A DNA stretch of 64,000 nucleotides from Octopus vulgaris (taxonomy: Eukaryota), in the NCBI GenBank assembly GCA_951406725.2, contig OX597828.1, positions 63,178,001 through 63,242,000 of the forward strand. Reading direction: 5' to 3'. The position numbers and the translations under genes are program-made. Positions 27,690-40,300 of the stretch are shown piece after piece; position 1 is the stretch's first letter, and each line of letters starts with the position of its first letter. The notes beneath the pieces were generated by a model, which worked only from the letters and a program-made list of their open reading frames with translations, ran no database searches and had not been told where the DNA came from.

Positions 27690-28550
27690 CAATGGAGTTC
27701 TCTCATCTCGGTTGTTATTATAAAACTAAAACATCCAAGTCCCTTAATTCTTCTGTGTTATATCACTCTGTCATGCTGGAGCAAATATTTCTGGACTGTC
27801 TCATAATATTTGGAGAAAGTAAAATAATGAAAAAACAGCATTGTTGTTGTTGTTTAGTGGCAGGAAGAAAGTCTTGTCTGGGAGGATGTGTAGAGCCATG
27901 ATTGGTGAGGAGATTGGAATGAGAGATATGAGAGAAATAACTTAATAATGAGAAAATGAAATTTTATATGAGAAGTAGAGAATTTATGAATTAATTTGAG
28001 ATAACAAAATATTTCCAGCTTTGTTGCAGGTTTTAAAGCAAGGTTAAATATTTTTATTTATCTTGTCTGTCTATAGTATGTATGTGTGCGTATGTTTGTA
28101 TGTATGTGTGGTTGATAACCTTGAGAAAGTCATAAATATTGCATAGCCTTGTTCATTACTAACAAATCAGAGACCTTATGTCTCTGTAGAATAATTGTAT
28201 GAGTGGTAACTCTAATCAATAGGGCTGATAAAACAAGTACTGAGCTCAATATAATCAATCATACCATCCTCACATAATTTGTGGCATTGCAATTATTATT
28301 ATTATTATTATTATTATTGTTGTTGTTGTTATGGTGAGCTGGCAGAGTCATTAGCGTGCCAGGCAAAATGCCAAGTGGTATTTCTCTTGGCTCTTTACAA
28401 TCTGAGCTCAAATCCTACTGAGTTAAATGTTGCCTTTCTTCCTTTTTGGGGTTGAAAAAATTATGGTTGATGTAACCGACTTAGCCCCACCTCCGAAAAC
28501 TGCTGGCCTTGTATCCAAAGTTGGAAACCATCATTATTATTATTATTATT

Positions 28551-31500
28551 TGGCAGACACACTAGCCAAATTGACTATATCCTTGCCAGAAAAAGGGAAA
28601 GAGGGCTGCTTATAAATGCCAAAACCTTCCCAGGCGAAGAATGTACCCCTCAACATAGATTAGTAGTTAGCGACTTCAGGACCAAGGCTGAATGGATGCC
28701 CAGAAGAAGACCAGATGGAGGAGAAGGGTCTAGAAACTTAAAGATCCCGCAAATGGGCAGAGATTTAGAGACGTATTACTCGAAGCCTTTGATGAAATAG
28801 AAGGGGATATAGCATCACATAATGTGGAAGAAAACTGGAGGTTTCTACGGGACAACCTGCTGAGAGCCACTGACCAGATCTGTGGATGGTGCAAAGTCCC
28901 CTCTCAACCTAAGGTAACGTGGTGGTGGAACAATGTGGTTGACAGGGCTATTAGACAAAAGAAACAGGCTTGGAAGGACTGGAAGAACGGAGGTAGCAGG
29001 GAATTGTATCAGACTGCCAGAAGGGAAGCTAGGAGACAGGTTTATTTAGCCAGAGGGGAAGCAGATAAGGAAAAATTTGCCAATGTTCTGCACCGTGAGG
29101 ATGAATAACTTGAGGTATTTCATGTTGCAAGACCGTGTGTGAGAGAGAATCGTGATGTGGTAGGAGAGAAATGTGTCCGCATGGATGATGGTTCACTTGC
29201 GCTAAATGAGGATGCAAAGAGAGAGGTATTGAGATGCCACTATGAAAGGTTGCTGAATAAAGAAAATGAATGGGATAAAGAGAGTCTGCCGAATGTTGAC
29301 CCAACAGAGGGACCAGCTATCTGAGTTGACAGTTCCTTGGTAGTTAAGGCAATTAGAAGCATGAAGACAGGGAAAGCCCCAGGCCCATCAGGAATTACTG
29401 CAGAGATGCTCAAAATATCTGGCAGTGTCGACTATAGCCTAGTCACCTGTATAGTTAACCAGGTGATACACGAAGGAGTCATACCCAATGACTGGTGCAG
29501 CAGCATAATAGTCAACTGCTACAAAGGTAAAGGTGATGCCTTAGATACAAATAATTACAGAGGTATCAAGCTGCTGGATCAAGTAATGAAGGTCACGGAG
29601 AGGGTCATAGCCCAACTAATTAGAGAGAGAGAGTCAGTTTAGATGAAATGCAGTTTGGGTTCGTGCCAGGGAAAAGCACCACTGATGCTATATTCCTGGT
29701 AAGACAGCTGCAGGAGAAATACCTAGCCAAAGATAAACCTCTGTACCTGGCTTTTGTTGACATGGAGAAAGCTTTTGACAGGGTCCCTTGATCCCTTATC
29801 TGGTGGTCAATGAGGAAACTAGGGATAGATGAATGGTTAGTGAGATCTGTGCGAGCAATGTACAGGGATGCTGTTAGTAAGGTAAGGGTTGGCAATGAGT
29901 ACAGTGAAAAGTTCTGGGTAGAGGTAGGAGTCCACCAAGGTTCAGTCCTCAGGCCCCTCCTATTTATCATAGTTCTCCAGGCAATAACAGAGGAATTCAA
30001 GACTGGGAGCTCCTCTATGCTGATAACCTTGCTCTAATTGCTGAGTCCCTATCAGAACCGGAGGAGAAGTTTCAGGTGTGGAAGTAAGGACTAGAGTTGA
30101 AGGGCCTTAGAGTCAACCTAGCTAAAACAAAAGTCCTAATAAGTAGGAAGGTAGACAAACCACAAACGCCTTCAGGTAGATGTCCCTGCTCGATCTGTAG
30201 AAAAGGCGTAGGTAGAAACTCTATAAGATGTACCCAGTGTAAGCTATGGACACATAAGAGGTGTAGCAATGTCAAAGGAAGGCTAACTGGGAAGATAGTT
30301 TTTGTATGTGGCAGATGCTCAGGAGCAATAAACACTGAAAATGCGCAGAGACCAACTTCCGCCACATTCCAGGGGGAAAAACTAGAAGTAGTTGATAGCT
30401 TCTGTTACCTAGTTGACCAAGTCAGTAGCGGGGGTGGGTGTGCTGAAATTGTAACTGCTAGATTAAGAATAGCCTGGGCAAAGTTCAGAGAGCTCTTACC
30501 TCTGCTGGTGACAAAGGGCCTCTTGCTCAGAGTAAAAGGCAGACTGTATAACGCATGTGTACAAACAGCCATGCTGCATGGCAGTGAAACATGGGCTATG
30601 ACTGCTGAGGACATGCGTAAGCTCACGAGGAATGAAGCCAGTATGCTCTGATGGATGTGTAATGTCAGTGTACGTACTCGACAGAGTGTAAGTACCTTGA
30701 GAGAAAAGTTGGACCTAAGAAGCATCAGCTGTGGTATGCAAGAGACGATTGCACTGGTATGGTCATGTGGCGAGAATGGATGAAGATCGGTGTGTGAAAA
30801 AGTGCCAATCCCTAGCAGTTGAGGGAACCCGTGGAAGAGGTAGACCCAGGAAAACCTGGGACGAGGTGGTGAAGCACGACCTTCAAACATTAGGCCTCAC
30901 CGACGCAATGACTAGTGACCGAGACCTTTGGAAATATGCTGTGCGTGAGAAGACCTGGCAGGACATGTGAGTCCATCCCGTGTCCTTTGCCAGGGATGTA
31001 GCCAGCCCACTTATGCATGCCTTTCCTTCTTTGGACACGCGAAGACCTGTTGAGGCAAGTCTAGTCGAAATTGAATTCAAAATCGAACCTCATCCGACAA
31101 CTGGCACCGATGCCAACCTCCCTTCATTGGACACTAAACTCTGCTTGTGAAGACCTGTTGGGGCAAGTGAAATCGGAATCGAAATTGACCCAATCCTATG
31201 ACTGGCACCCGGCAGTTGCCAGTGCCGCTAGACTGACTCCTGTGCAGGTGGCAAGTAAAGAAACACCGTTTCGACCCTGTGCTTGAGGAGACCTATTGAG
31301 TCAAGTACATCAACATCAAAAATCAATGGAAATTGTAGTTGTGATCCTTGTACCAGTGGCACGTAAATAGCACCATGCGAACGTGGCCGATGCCAGTGCC
31401 GCCTTGACTGGCTTCCGTGCCGGTGGCACGTAAAAAGCACCATCTGAATGTGGCCGATGCCAGTACCGCCTTGACTGGCTTCCGTGCTGGTGGCATGTAA

Positions 31501-31722
31501 AAAGCACCAATCCGATTGTGGCCGTTGCCAGCCTTGCCTGGCACGTAAAAAGCACTCACTACACTCACAGAGTGGTTGGCGTTAGGAAGGGCATCCAGCT
31601 GTAGAAACACTGCCAGATCAGACTGGAGCCTGGTGCAGCCTTCTGGCTTCCCAGATCCCGGTTGAACCGTCCAACCCATGCTAGCATGGAAAACAGACGT
31701 TAAACAATGATGATGATGATGA
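28551..31722 (+). mobile_element. 5'-truncated RTE-clade LINE with decayed ORF2 (APE end, RT, PHD insert) and 3' UTR
   Basis: IDYILAR...QHRLVVSDF (APE end), KAPGPSGITAEML, NYRGIKLL, QFGFVPG, FVDMEKAFDRV, GVHQGS, LYADN (YADD position), WYGHVARM, GRPRKTW. Stops and frameshifts present. (GAT)n tail and (ATT)n on both flanks. Confidence 0.95.
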
Positions 31723-31946
31723 TTATTATTATTATTATGGCAGAATTGTTAGCACATTGGACAAAATGCTTAGTAGTGTCTCTTCCAGCTTTACATTCTG
31801 AATTCAAATTCTGCTCAGTTAGACTTTTCCTTTGATCCTTTTGGGGTCCAGTAAAATAACTACTAGTTAAGCAGTGGAATCAAAGTAATTGACCAGCCCC
31901 CACCTCATAAATATGTGCTTATGATAGAAAGGATTCTTATCATCAT

Positions 31947-32479
31947 TGAATGAGAGAGCAGTGCATGCCATCAAAGTGACACTGGGGTATAAATATATGG
32001 AGCCCAGTGTACCTACCATGACTACCTGTCTGGTAAGGGTACACCATGCATCACAAACGTATGTATGAGATATGGTGATCAAGATAAACAGCACATGATA
32101 TTGCAGGTGGGGCTCAGAATTTTCTTCAGGTCGAGTATCCCATCCCACTCAAAAGGTCCCTGAATAAGGGTTATTTAAGGATGATGAACAAAAAACCCAT
32201 GTTTCTGGAGGTGAATTACCCAAACCCCAGAGAATTCTTCTCAACACATGGCTATGATGCTCCCCCACTACTTCTGCTAGTGTTTAGAGATGCACATATT
32301 GTCAGCCAGTAAGGGACATGCTCAACTGGTTACGGTCAAACAACTGACAAGCAAATCTGTGGTATTGAGCAGAATATTTGCTGTATCCCATCTTTTATAC
32401 CAAGACAACACATGTACATGATAACATTTCCAATCAGAAGAGCCACTGCCTGGTACTGCATCAGGGCATTTATTATTAT
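31947..32479. repeat. Unclassified ~530-bp interspersed repeat bordered by (TTA)n
   Basis: A second, highly similar partial copy lies at 56276-56738. No TIR or ORF recognised. Confidence 0.8.
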
Positions 32480-33138
32480 CAATAATATTAATACACTAAC
32501 ATTTTGTTTTTGTATGTACCTATTATGTGCTTCACACTTACTTCAAAGAAATGGCAAAGCGAGAGAGAGGAGGACAGAGAAGAAGTAAGAGAGAAAGAGA
32601 GGGAGAGACAGACAGTGAGTGGTGACGGCATTCATTTTGTGTTTTTAAATGTTTCAGAAAGTAAGAGAAGTAGATACATATGCACATTGTTAAATCAAAA
32701 GCAGGGAGAGAAGAGGGACACAAAGGAAGTGAAAGAGAAAGAGAGAAAGTGGGAGAGACAGTAGATACATAAATCCAAAGAAAAGTTCATAAATAGATAC
32801 ATACGCACAGCAAATATTGGATGTCAATTTCACTTTTCATTACCACACAACAATAAAATTAACTCACAAATGGCTGAGTACTCCACAGACATGCATAACA
32901 TTAACGTAGTTCTCAGGGAGATTCAGCGTCACGCAGAATATGGCAAGGTTGGCCCCTTTTAATTACAGCTACAACTCGAGACCTATATATATGAATGTAT
33001 TTGTGTGTGTGTATAGTATAGGTTAGTTAAAACATGTTTGTGATAATAAGTGTCGCGTGGTGGAAATAAATGCAATTACCAAACTTTCATTCATAAATCC
33101 ATTTATTATTTCGTTCTTTTGCATTTCAATTTGTACAT

Positions 33139-33776
33139 TTGTACCCAGAAATTTTCAACAACTGCACACCAGAAGAAATAGAAAAAAAAGTAATTTTATC
33201 TCCTAAAAATTCTGACTGTCTTGCAATAAATGAAAAAGTTCTTAATATTATACCAGAGGCACTTAAAACATACTTAAGCACAGATTCAGTGTCCTGCAAT
33301 AATGAAGAGGAGGTTCAGAACTATCCATTTGAATTCATAAACTCACTCACTCCATCCGGTATGCCTCCTCATTGTCTCAACTTAAAAGTAGGGGCTATTG
33401 TAATGCTACCAAGAAATCTTTTGATCAGTCAAGGATTATGTAATGGAACTTGCATGAAAGTGCAAAGACTTCATGAACATTGTGTAGAGGCATCATTGGT
33501 AACAGGCTCCAACAGAGGTTGTACAGTTCTAATTCCCAGAATTAAACTTGGCCCAAGTGATGAAAATATTCCATTCACACTAAACAGACTTCAGTTTCCA
33601 TTTACACTTGAAAAAGTTGGATTACATTTGCCTCAATCATATATGTCGCATTTTCAAGAGCACGAGCTATGAACAATATCAAAGTAAGAATTATGACACC
33701 CAATTGGGATAACAGACAAGGCCAAAAACGTGGTGTGACATGCACACAAAATATTGCCTCCTATGAAGTACTGTGA
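33139..33776 (+). mobile_element. Helitron Rep/Hel PIF1-helicase C-terminal fragment (pseudogene)
   Basis: ILSPKN...INEKVL...NSLTPSGMPPHCLNLKVGAIVMLPRNL...GLCNGT...VLIPRIKL...RLQFP. Internal deletions; a shifted frame ends TQNIASYEVL*, typical of Helitron helicases. Confidence 0.85.
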
Positions 33777-34989
33777 CGAAGAACATTGCACCAGCTAGCT
33801 TCACCACCACACCAGCCGCTCCATCATTGCACATCCACATTACACCTTTAAGATCAGGGAACCAGTTAGGGGCCCACTGGATCTCTCTCAGCATACCAGT
33901 AAACCACAAAACCGCACCAGCCAGCATCACCACTACCTCCAAGCCCGTCATATATATATATATATATAATGTGTGTGTTTGTGTTTGTCCCACCACCACC
34001 ATTGCTTCACACCGATACTGGTGCATTTGCATCCTTGTAATTTAGCTGTTCAGCAGAAGGGACTGATAGAAAAAGCACCAGGCTTACTAAAGTGCGATGC
34101 TCTAGCATGGCCACCGTCAAATGACTGAAACAAGTAAAAGAATAAAAGAATACCAGAAAAATGTTCCATACCACCAAACCAAGAAGGTTCTTTGAATATG
34201 TACGATGTATTCTAAGGTTAAATAGTAATTCCGTTTACGTTTGTGTAACTGAGATATTTTGGTTGGATTATATAGTCATTGGTGTTACATTACTTTCTAT
34301 ATTCTGTAACTGTCACAATATACTTTTCTAGGCCTGAAAATTTTGTGGGGAGGGGCCCAGTTGATTAGATTGACCCCAGTACACAACTGGTACTTAATTT
34401 ATTGACCCCAAAAGGACGAAAGGTAATGTCGACCTCGGCAGAATTTGAACTCAGAAAGTAAAGACAGACGGTCATATTATGCAACCATTTCTCATGGCAC
34501 CAGTACATTGTTTACAGAGGCTTACATTTTTTTATGTCTTCTGTGAATTTTTCATGGGTCCAGCTATAGTTATTATTATTATGAACAAGATGGCATGCTG
34601 ACAGAATCAATAAAATACCAAAAAATAAGCCTTGTGGCATTTCTTCAAACTCTTTATATTCTGAGAACATATCATGCCAAGGTCATTCCTCCTGGGTCAA
34701 TAAAATATAGTACCAGTAAAATACTGGGGTTGAATATGATGACTACCCTCCCACCACTACCTGTGTCATACTGGAGGATGATGATAATAATAATGATGCT
34801 ATACCTGGGGATGGAAGAAACCAAGAGTGTAGATATTACCACACCTGGAGATGCAATAGTGGGTGACAAAGGTAAACTGGTAATGATTGAGAAATACAAG
34901 TTACCAAAAGAGAAAATTACAAGAATGTGGTTTTCACAGAATATTGGAAATGAATGACACTAATTTACGACTATCATGCTATTTCATGT

Positions 34990-35112
34990 ACAGAAACACT
35001 GCCAGATCAGACTGGGCCTGATGCAGCCTTCTGGCTTCACAGACCCCAGTTGAACCGTCCAACCCATGCTAGCATGGAAAGTGGACGCTAAATGATGATG
35101 ATGATGATGATG
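34990..35112 (+). mobile_element. Extreme 3' end of RTE LINE
   Basis: AGAAACACTGCCAGATCAGACTGG...CCATGCTAGCATGGAAAGTGGACGCTAAA(TGA)n, matching 31602-31722. Confidence 0.85.
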
Positions 35113-35230
35113 TTCACGCACGGCTTTGGTTAGCCTGGGCTATAGTATAGGAACACACTGAAGGACTGAACCTGAATGCACGTGGTTGGGGAGCAGACTT
35201 CTAAACCACACAGCCATTTCTGCACATTCT

Positions 35231-35704
35231 AATAATAATAATTTCTCTACTTTGCTCTAGGGATATGGATGTGGTCTACAATTTATGTAGGGGTTTAAAT
35301 AAAAGATGAAGGGAAAGAAAGTGGGGGGAAAAAACAGTGAAGTGACATAAAACTATACATAGCATGCAAAATACGAATGATGCAGTCCTTCTGATACAGG
35401 AGAACCTCCAACTTGAGCCAATCAAAGAACCCCATAGATCCAAGTTTACCCTAGTCCCAATGGCACAAGTCCTTGCCCAACTGCTGTTCTCAAATTTACA
35501 GATGCATGTTTAAAGCGGATCCATTCACCCCAACCGTTTTTACCAGTTGCCCGTTTGTTCACAAATTCACTGTGACAGAGCACTTCCTTCTCCATCCTCA
35601 CTTTCCTTTTCAAGTGGAACTTAGAAATAGTTGATAAAAGCTTAACCAAAGAGGAAGGTGTCTTCCCTGAATCCTTTCATCCTCGTCCATCACACAACCT
35701 CTTT
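35231..35704 (-). repeat. ~470-bp repeat, possibly an L1/Tx1-like LINE 3' fragment (copy 1)
   Basis: Nearly identical to 58750-59206. The minus-strand peptide KFHLKRKVRMEKEVL...EFVNK resembles a LINE ORF2 C-terminus; the clade call is tentative. Confidence 0.7.
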
Positions 35705-36113
35705 TTTAATAGCAACTAGGAGGAAGGCTGTACTTCCCAGTGTGAGCATAAATATGGCTGAGAGGTTAAGAAGCTTGCTTTGCAACCTCAAGGTCCCATA
35801 TTCAGTGTTAGTGCATGGCTTCTTGGGCAAATGTGATTTTCAATAGCCTCAGGTTGACCCAAACTTCATGAGTGAAATTGGGTGGCTTGTAGCTGTAAAT
35901 CAAAAGGCAGATCATGTCCTGCTGATTCTGTTAAGGATATACATGTCTGTTGGATGTTCATTGTCAAACGAGAGAGATCCACCATTTTACCAGCATTGGA
36001 CAGATGAAAGGTAAAAATCTGTCTGAGCAGTGTTTCAACTGAAACTAAACTCTTCAAAGTAGTTAATGCAGTTGTTTTGTCTGTATTGAACTTTTTTTTT
36101 TTTTTTGTTCCAG

Positions 36114-36211
36114 AATGGAGATGTTTGCATATCTATATTACATCCCCCTGTTGATGATCCACAGAGTGGTGAGTTACCTTCTGAAAGATGGAATCCTACA
36201 CAGAACGTCCG
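36114..36211 (+). CDS. UBE2R2: CDC34/UBE2R-type E2, exon with catalytic Cys and acidic loop
   Basis: Poly-T and cag acceptor, GTAAGC donor; 98 nt encoding [32 protein letters not shown](R). Confidence 0.97.
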
Positions 36212-37086
36212 GTAAGCAAGTCTCTTTCAGTGTGTGTGTGTGTGTGTGTGTGTGTGCGCATGTTAAGCAACTGCTTTTTAGTTGAAAAATTAAAATGTTC
36301 TTGTTTTACACAATTCTTGAAGTGAAACAATGTGTTCGAAATATGTTGTATTTTGGATGGGTCGTTGTACCAGTGAAAATACAAATACACACTGGTTGTA
36401 GTTCACTTTTACATTGCTGATCAGTTGATCAATCAATTATTGATTGAATTGTCAAAGACTTTCACTCAGTGACCTGCAATTAGTTTTGCTTCCTGTTTTG
36501 TGTTTGGTGTTTATGTCTTGCAAAATGAATTTATAATGAAAGATAATTTGTGTGGTGAAAGACTCTGATGAAACAGTATTTAATTAATTAGTCAACAATA
36601 AACAAGTGAACTGCAGTCAGTGTATGTAGGGTTTTTTTTTTTTGAGAGAATATCTCCCAAAATGGAACACTAATTACAATGTGATTAATCAATATTTATT
36701 ATATGTTGTGAATTGATACATTGATAAATATCTATTGTATATTATCCTGGTTTCATTTAAGTGATCCATACCCTCTTCATGTCAGACTTGAAATAGCTTT
36801 TTAGATGGTAGAAAGGGATTCTCTCATAGCTGTGTGTAACTGTCAATACCTTCAGAAAGATCTTGTTTGAAATAATTACTACCAAACTCTGCTTGACCAA
36901 ATGCATTCCTCTTCTTCACCCAAAGCATCTCTATGCTGTTGGAAAGTGAAAGTCATGTATCTGAAGCTTCCCTCCCCTCTCCCAAACGATTTAACTTATT
37001 GAATTGTATATTGTGGTAATTTATTTCTATAGTTCTCTTAGCCACTGGGTATCCACCCATTTCTGATGTCACTAATCATGTGCGTG

Positions 37087-37117
<31 letters not shown>

Positions 37118-37139
37118 ATCAGTCCATCCATTCATCACA

Positions 37140-37490
37140 TCGGGAAGCTGTTGGCAAAGTGGTTGCTAGATTTTTGTTGAATAAGCTGATGGAAGATGTC
37201 ATCCCTAAATCCCCAAATGGCTTTAGATGAGGTAGAAGAACAACGGATATGATACTCTCTGCAAGACAGACACAAGAGAAATGCACTTGAACTGCAGATA
37301 ACTTTTGTATCAAGTCTTTGTTGATTTAAAGAAAGCTTTTGATACAGTTAACAGAGATGCCCTGTGGACAATCCCTGGAAAAGTCAGGTTCCTACCATCG
37401 TTTGTCACTATGTTTGATTGCACTAAGACAGCTCTGATTGACAATGAAGTTAAGCAAGGCATTATTTCTGCTCCTGCTCTTTTATTTTGA
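37140..37490 (+). mobile_element. Old LINE RT fragment (RTE-like)
   Basis: RRTTDMILSARQTQEKC, FVDLKKAFDTVNRDALW and VKQGIISAPALL RT motifs, heavily deleted. Confidence 0.75.
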
Positions 37491-37636
37491 TATTCTTTGC
37501 TGTTTTGCTTACATATGAATTCTATATTTGTGACAAGGGTATTCTCTTGCAGTTTATGTATGTATGTACATAGGTACGTGTTGGATATATTTTAATGCAC
37601 CTCATATATATGAACATATGTACATATGCATGTATG

Positions 37637-38440
37637 TAAAAGGTGCATTAAAAAAATATCCAACTTTATTTTTTCCTGCCAAAACTAATGCCACACAGGC
37701 AAAATCCTTTGGACAGGAGCTGATGCCACCCTCCTGCACATGCACCAAATTTTCATGCCAGTAGGCCATGTCAGTTCCCATCTGTTACAGCAAGAGTATA
37801 AACCATGCAAGATGACCGAATGCATCAAGCAGAGACCAAAGAGCTGGGTCGTGGTTTGAGCAATTCCCATGTGGAGGTGCTTCTGTTGCTCTGCCAGCAC
37901 CTTGTGGATGAATTTCACCAACACTCTCTGCATGCATGAATCCTCTGTTAAAATGGAAGGCACTGGTCCTGTGCTTATTCCCAATTTGTTAGTAGTTTCC
38001 TGGATTGTTACATGAAGGTCTTCCGTGACTATTTGCCAAACCTTCTCAATCAGCTCCCTTCTCAATCAGCTTGAGGATGGCCAGCCTGACTATGTCTTGC
38101 TCACCATTGAAGTGCAGCCATGTTTGAAGTGGTTGTACCACTCATTGATCTGAGCTGTGCCCATCTTCTGGATGGTTGGAGCTTGAGAATCATCAAGTTT
38201 CTGGCAAAACTTGATGCAATCTCTCTGCTCAGTGTTTCATGAACACAAAAATCTGATGAGTTCTTGCTACACATTTGTACTCTAGGTGTAACAGCTGCGA
38301 ACTGGTGTGGCCTACTGGTGCAGAAGTTTTTACACATGCACAGGAAGGGCGGCGTCACCTCCCACCCAAAGGATTTTGCCCATCTTAGCATTAGTTTTGG
38401 CAGGTGAAAGTAGTCGGATACTTTTTGAATGCACCTTGTG
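37637..38440 (-). mobile_element. Internally deleted mariner element with long imperfect TIRs
   Basis: AAGGTGCATTAAAAAAATATCC...CCTGCCAAAACTAATGC is inverted at GCATTAGTTTTGGCAGG...GGATACTTTTTGAATGCACCTT. The minus strand encodes EQRDCIKFCQKL and IEKVWQIVTEDLHVTIQE...LGISTG, the transposase N-terminal HTH region. Confidence 0.85.
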
Positions 38441-38457
38441 TGTGTGTGTGTGTAAAG

Positions 38458-38846
38458 ACGTAGGCATGGTTGCGTGATTAAGAAGTTTGCTTCCCAACCA
38501 CGGGTTCAAACCCACTGTATCATTCCTCAGGCAAGTGTCTTCTAATCTAACTCCCGACCAACTAAAGCCTTCTTAATAGATATGGTTGCAAGGAAACTGA
38601 AAGAAACCTGTCATTTTCTCTGTGTGTGTGTTTGTGTCTATGTCTCCTAATCTTGGCATCACATGATGGTTGTAAATGAGTGTCACTGTCACACAAGCAA
38701 TGTCATTCATTTTGAATTTTCTGTATTGACATTTCTGCCCATGAAGAAAATCTTAGCTGTGCTTGAAAAAAGTGCATCCAGCTGTAGAAAGTTTCCCTCA
38801 ATAAACTCCATCCAGCTCACACAAGCATGGAAAAGTGGATGTTAAA
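38458..38846 (+). mobile_element. tRNA-derived SINE with RTE-type tail
   Basis: GGCATGGTTGCGTGATTAAGAAGTTTGCTTCCCAACCACGGGTTCAAACCC head; GCATCCAGCTGTAGAAA...AGCATGGAAAAGTGGATGTTAAA tail. Confidence 0.7.
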
Positions 38847-40243
38847 TTTTCTATATATATATATATATATAGCAATGAAAATAAGACAAAGAAGGTTCTT
38901 TAACACATCTTTAATTATAAGTTACACATGTGTTTGTGAGAGAGAGAGAGAAAATAATCATATTGTAGATTTAAAAGCTGTTTTCCCTGTTGTTATTCAT
39001 CTTGATCCTTTGTCATCTTGTTCATCCTTCTCAGTGTTCTGTTGTCATGGACACCTGCCAATGTCAGTACCTCACACCCAGTCGCATGTCACCACCTGAC
39101 ATAATGGAAAGTCTGTAATCTTAAGTCTGCTCATTATGAGGTTTTGACTAGGGACGTAACAACAACTCACCTGTTCAGAAACAGGAAAGCTTCCATATGG
39201 TTTCCTGACCTGCTAGAAATAGCAGCCAAATGGTCTTGAACTGAAACTCCATTGCCTTAAATAAAGGAAGGATATATTGGGATAATGTGAAAGTTATTTG
39301 TAAAGTCTACTGATTCATGACCATGACTAGAATATTCTTCATCATATGTTCTGTTCATTAAGAGCTCCATTGGTGCCAAACACCAACAACTCATTTGTTC
39401 TTTAACTTTTTCTATAAGTTAATGTTCCACATGTAATAAATTATACTCAACCTATTTCTCATCAACTTCTGCAGATCTTCCACATTCACTGTTCATGTTT
39501 ATACATGAAAGAAGAAACCTATTTTAGCCTATAGACTTAAATATCTGCTATCATTTAGATAACTTCTTCACTCTCATGAAATAGATAACAGCTCTCTTCA
39601 TGTCTTATAAACATACAACCTCTTCCTCAACTCACTTGCATACAGTTTTTCGAGATCATTAGCACTTTATAGATAACTTGACTCAACTCATTCTCTTACA
39701 CTCACTCACACCATCACCATTACTCTCGACTCAACCTTCTATGGTCTCCTTAGGGAGTTGTTTGTCTTTCGAGACCCTTTTGTTGCCTTTAGAGGTATGG
39801 ATGCATCTAAAAGTTCACTCCACAATCTTGTGGTTCTAGGATCAGTCTCACTGTGCAAGTGTATGAGTTTATCCAAGTGATATTTGGTAGATGGAAACTG
39901 TACAGAAGCCTGTCATACAGACTGTGCAAGTTCTTGGGAATATCAACGCAATCAACCCTGGGCAATTTGCCCAATTAAGGGAATTAATTATTGCAATTAT
40001 TACTGCATTTGTATATAACCCACAATTTGCAATTTTAGCATTATAATTATATTGCTGTAAGAATATAAATCTTATTGGATAACAGTTAAAACATGAAAAT
40101 GTGACTCAAATTAGTTTTATTAATATCTATTTGCATCCTGAGAGTTATACTTTATCTTCATTTTCCTCTCAATTGAGGAAATTGTCCGGGAGGGCAGGTG
40201 TTCAAGAACTGATTTTAGGCCATAGCCTTTAACCTGTTGGTCA

Positions 40244-40300
40244 CTTTAACACTGTTACCTTGCTCCATGGTACCTTTAACACTGTTACCTTGCTCCATGG
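40244..40300. repeat. 30-bp tandem duplication
   Basis: CTTTAACACTGTTACCTTGCTCCATGG occurs twice with a 30-bp period. Confidence 0.9.

Noticed and set aside
33139-33672. Host PIF1 helicase gene
   Set aside because: Intronic, partial, internally deleted in conserved motifs and with a Helitron-type C-terminus; treated as a TE fragment.
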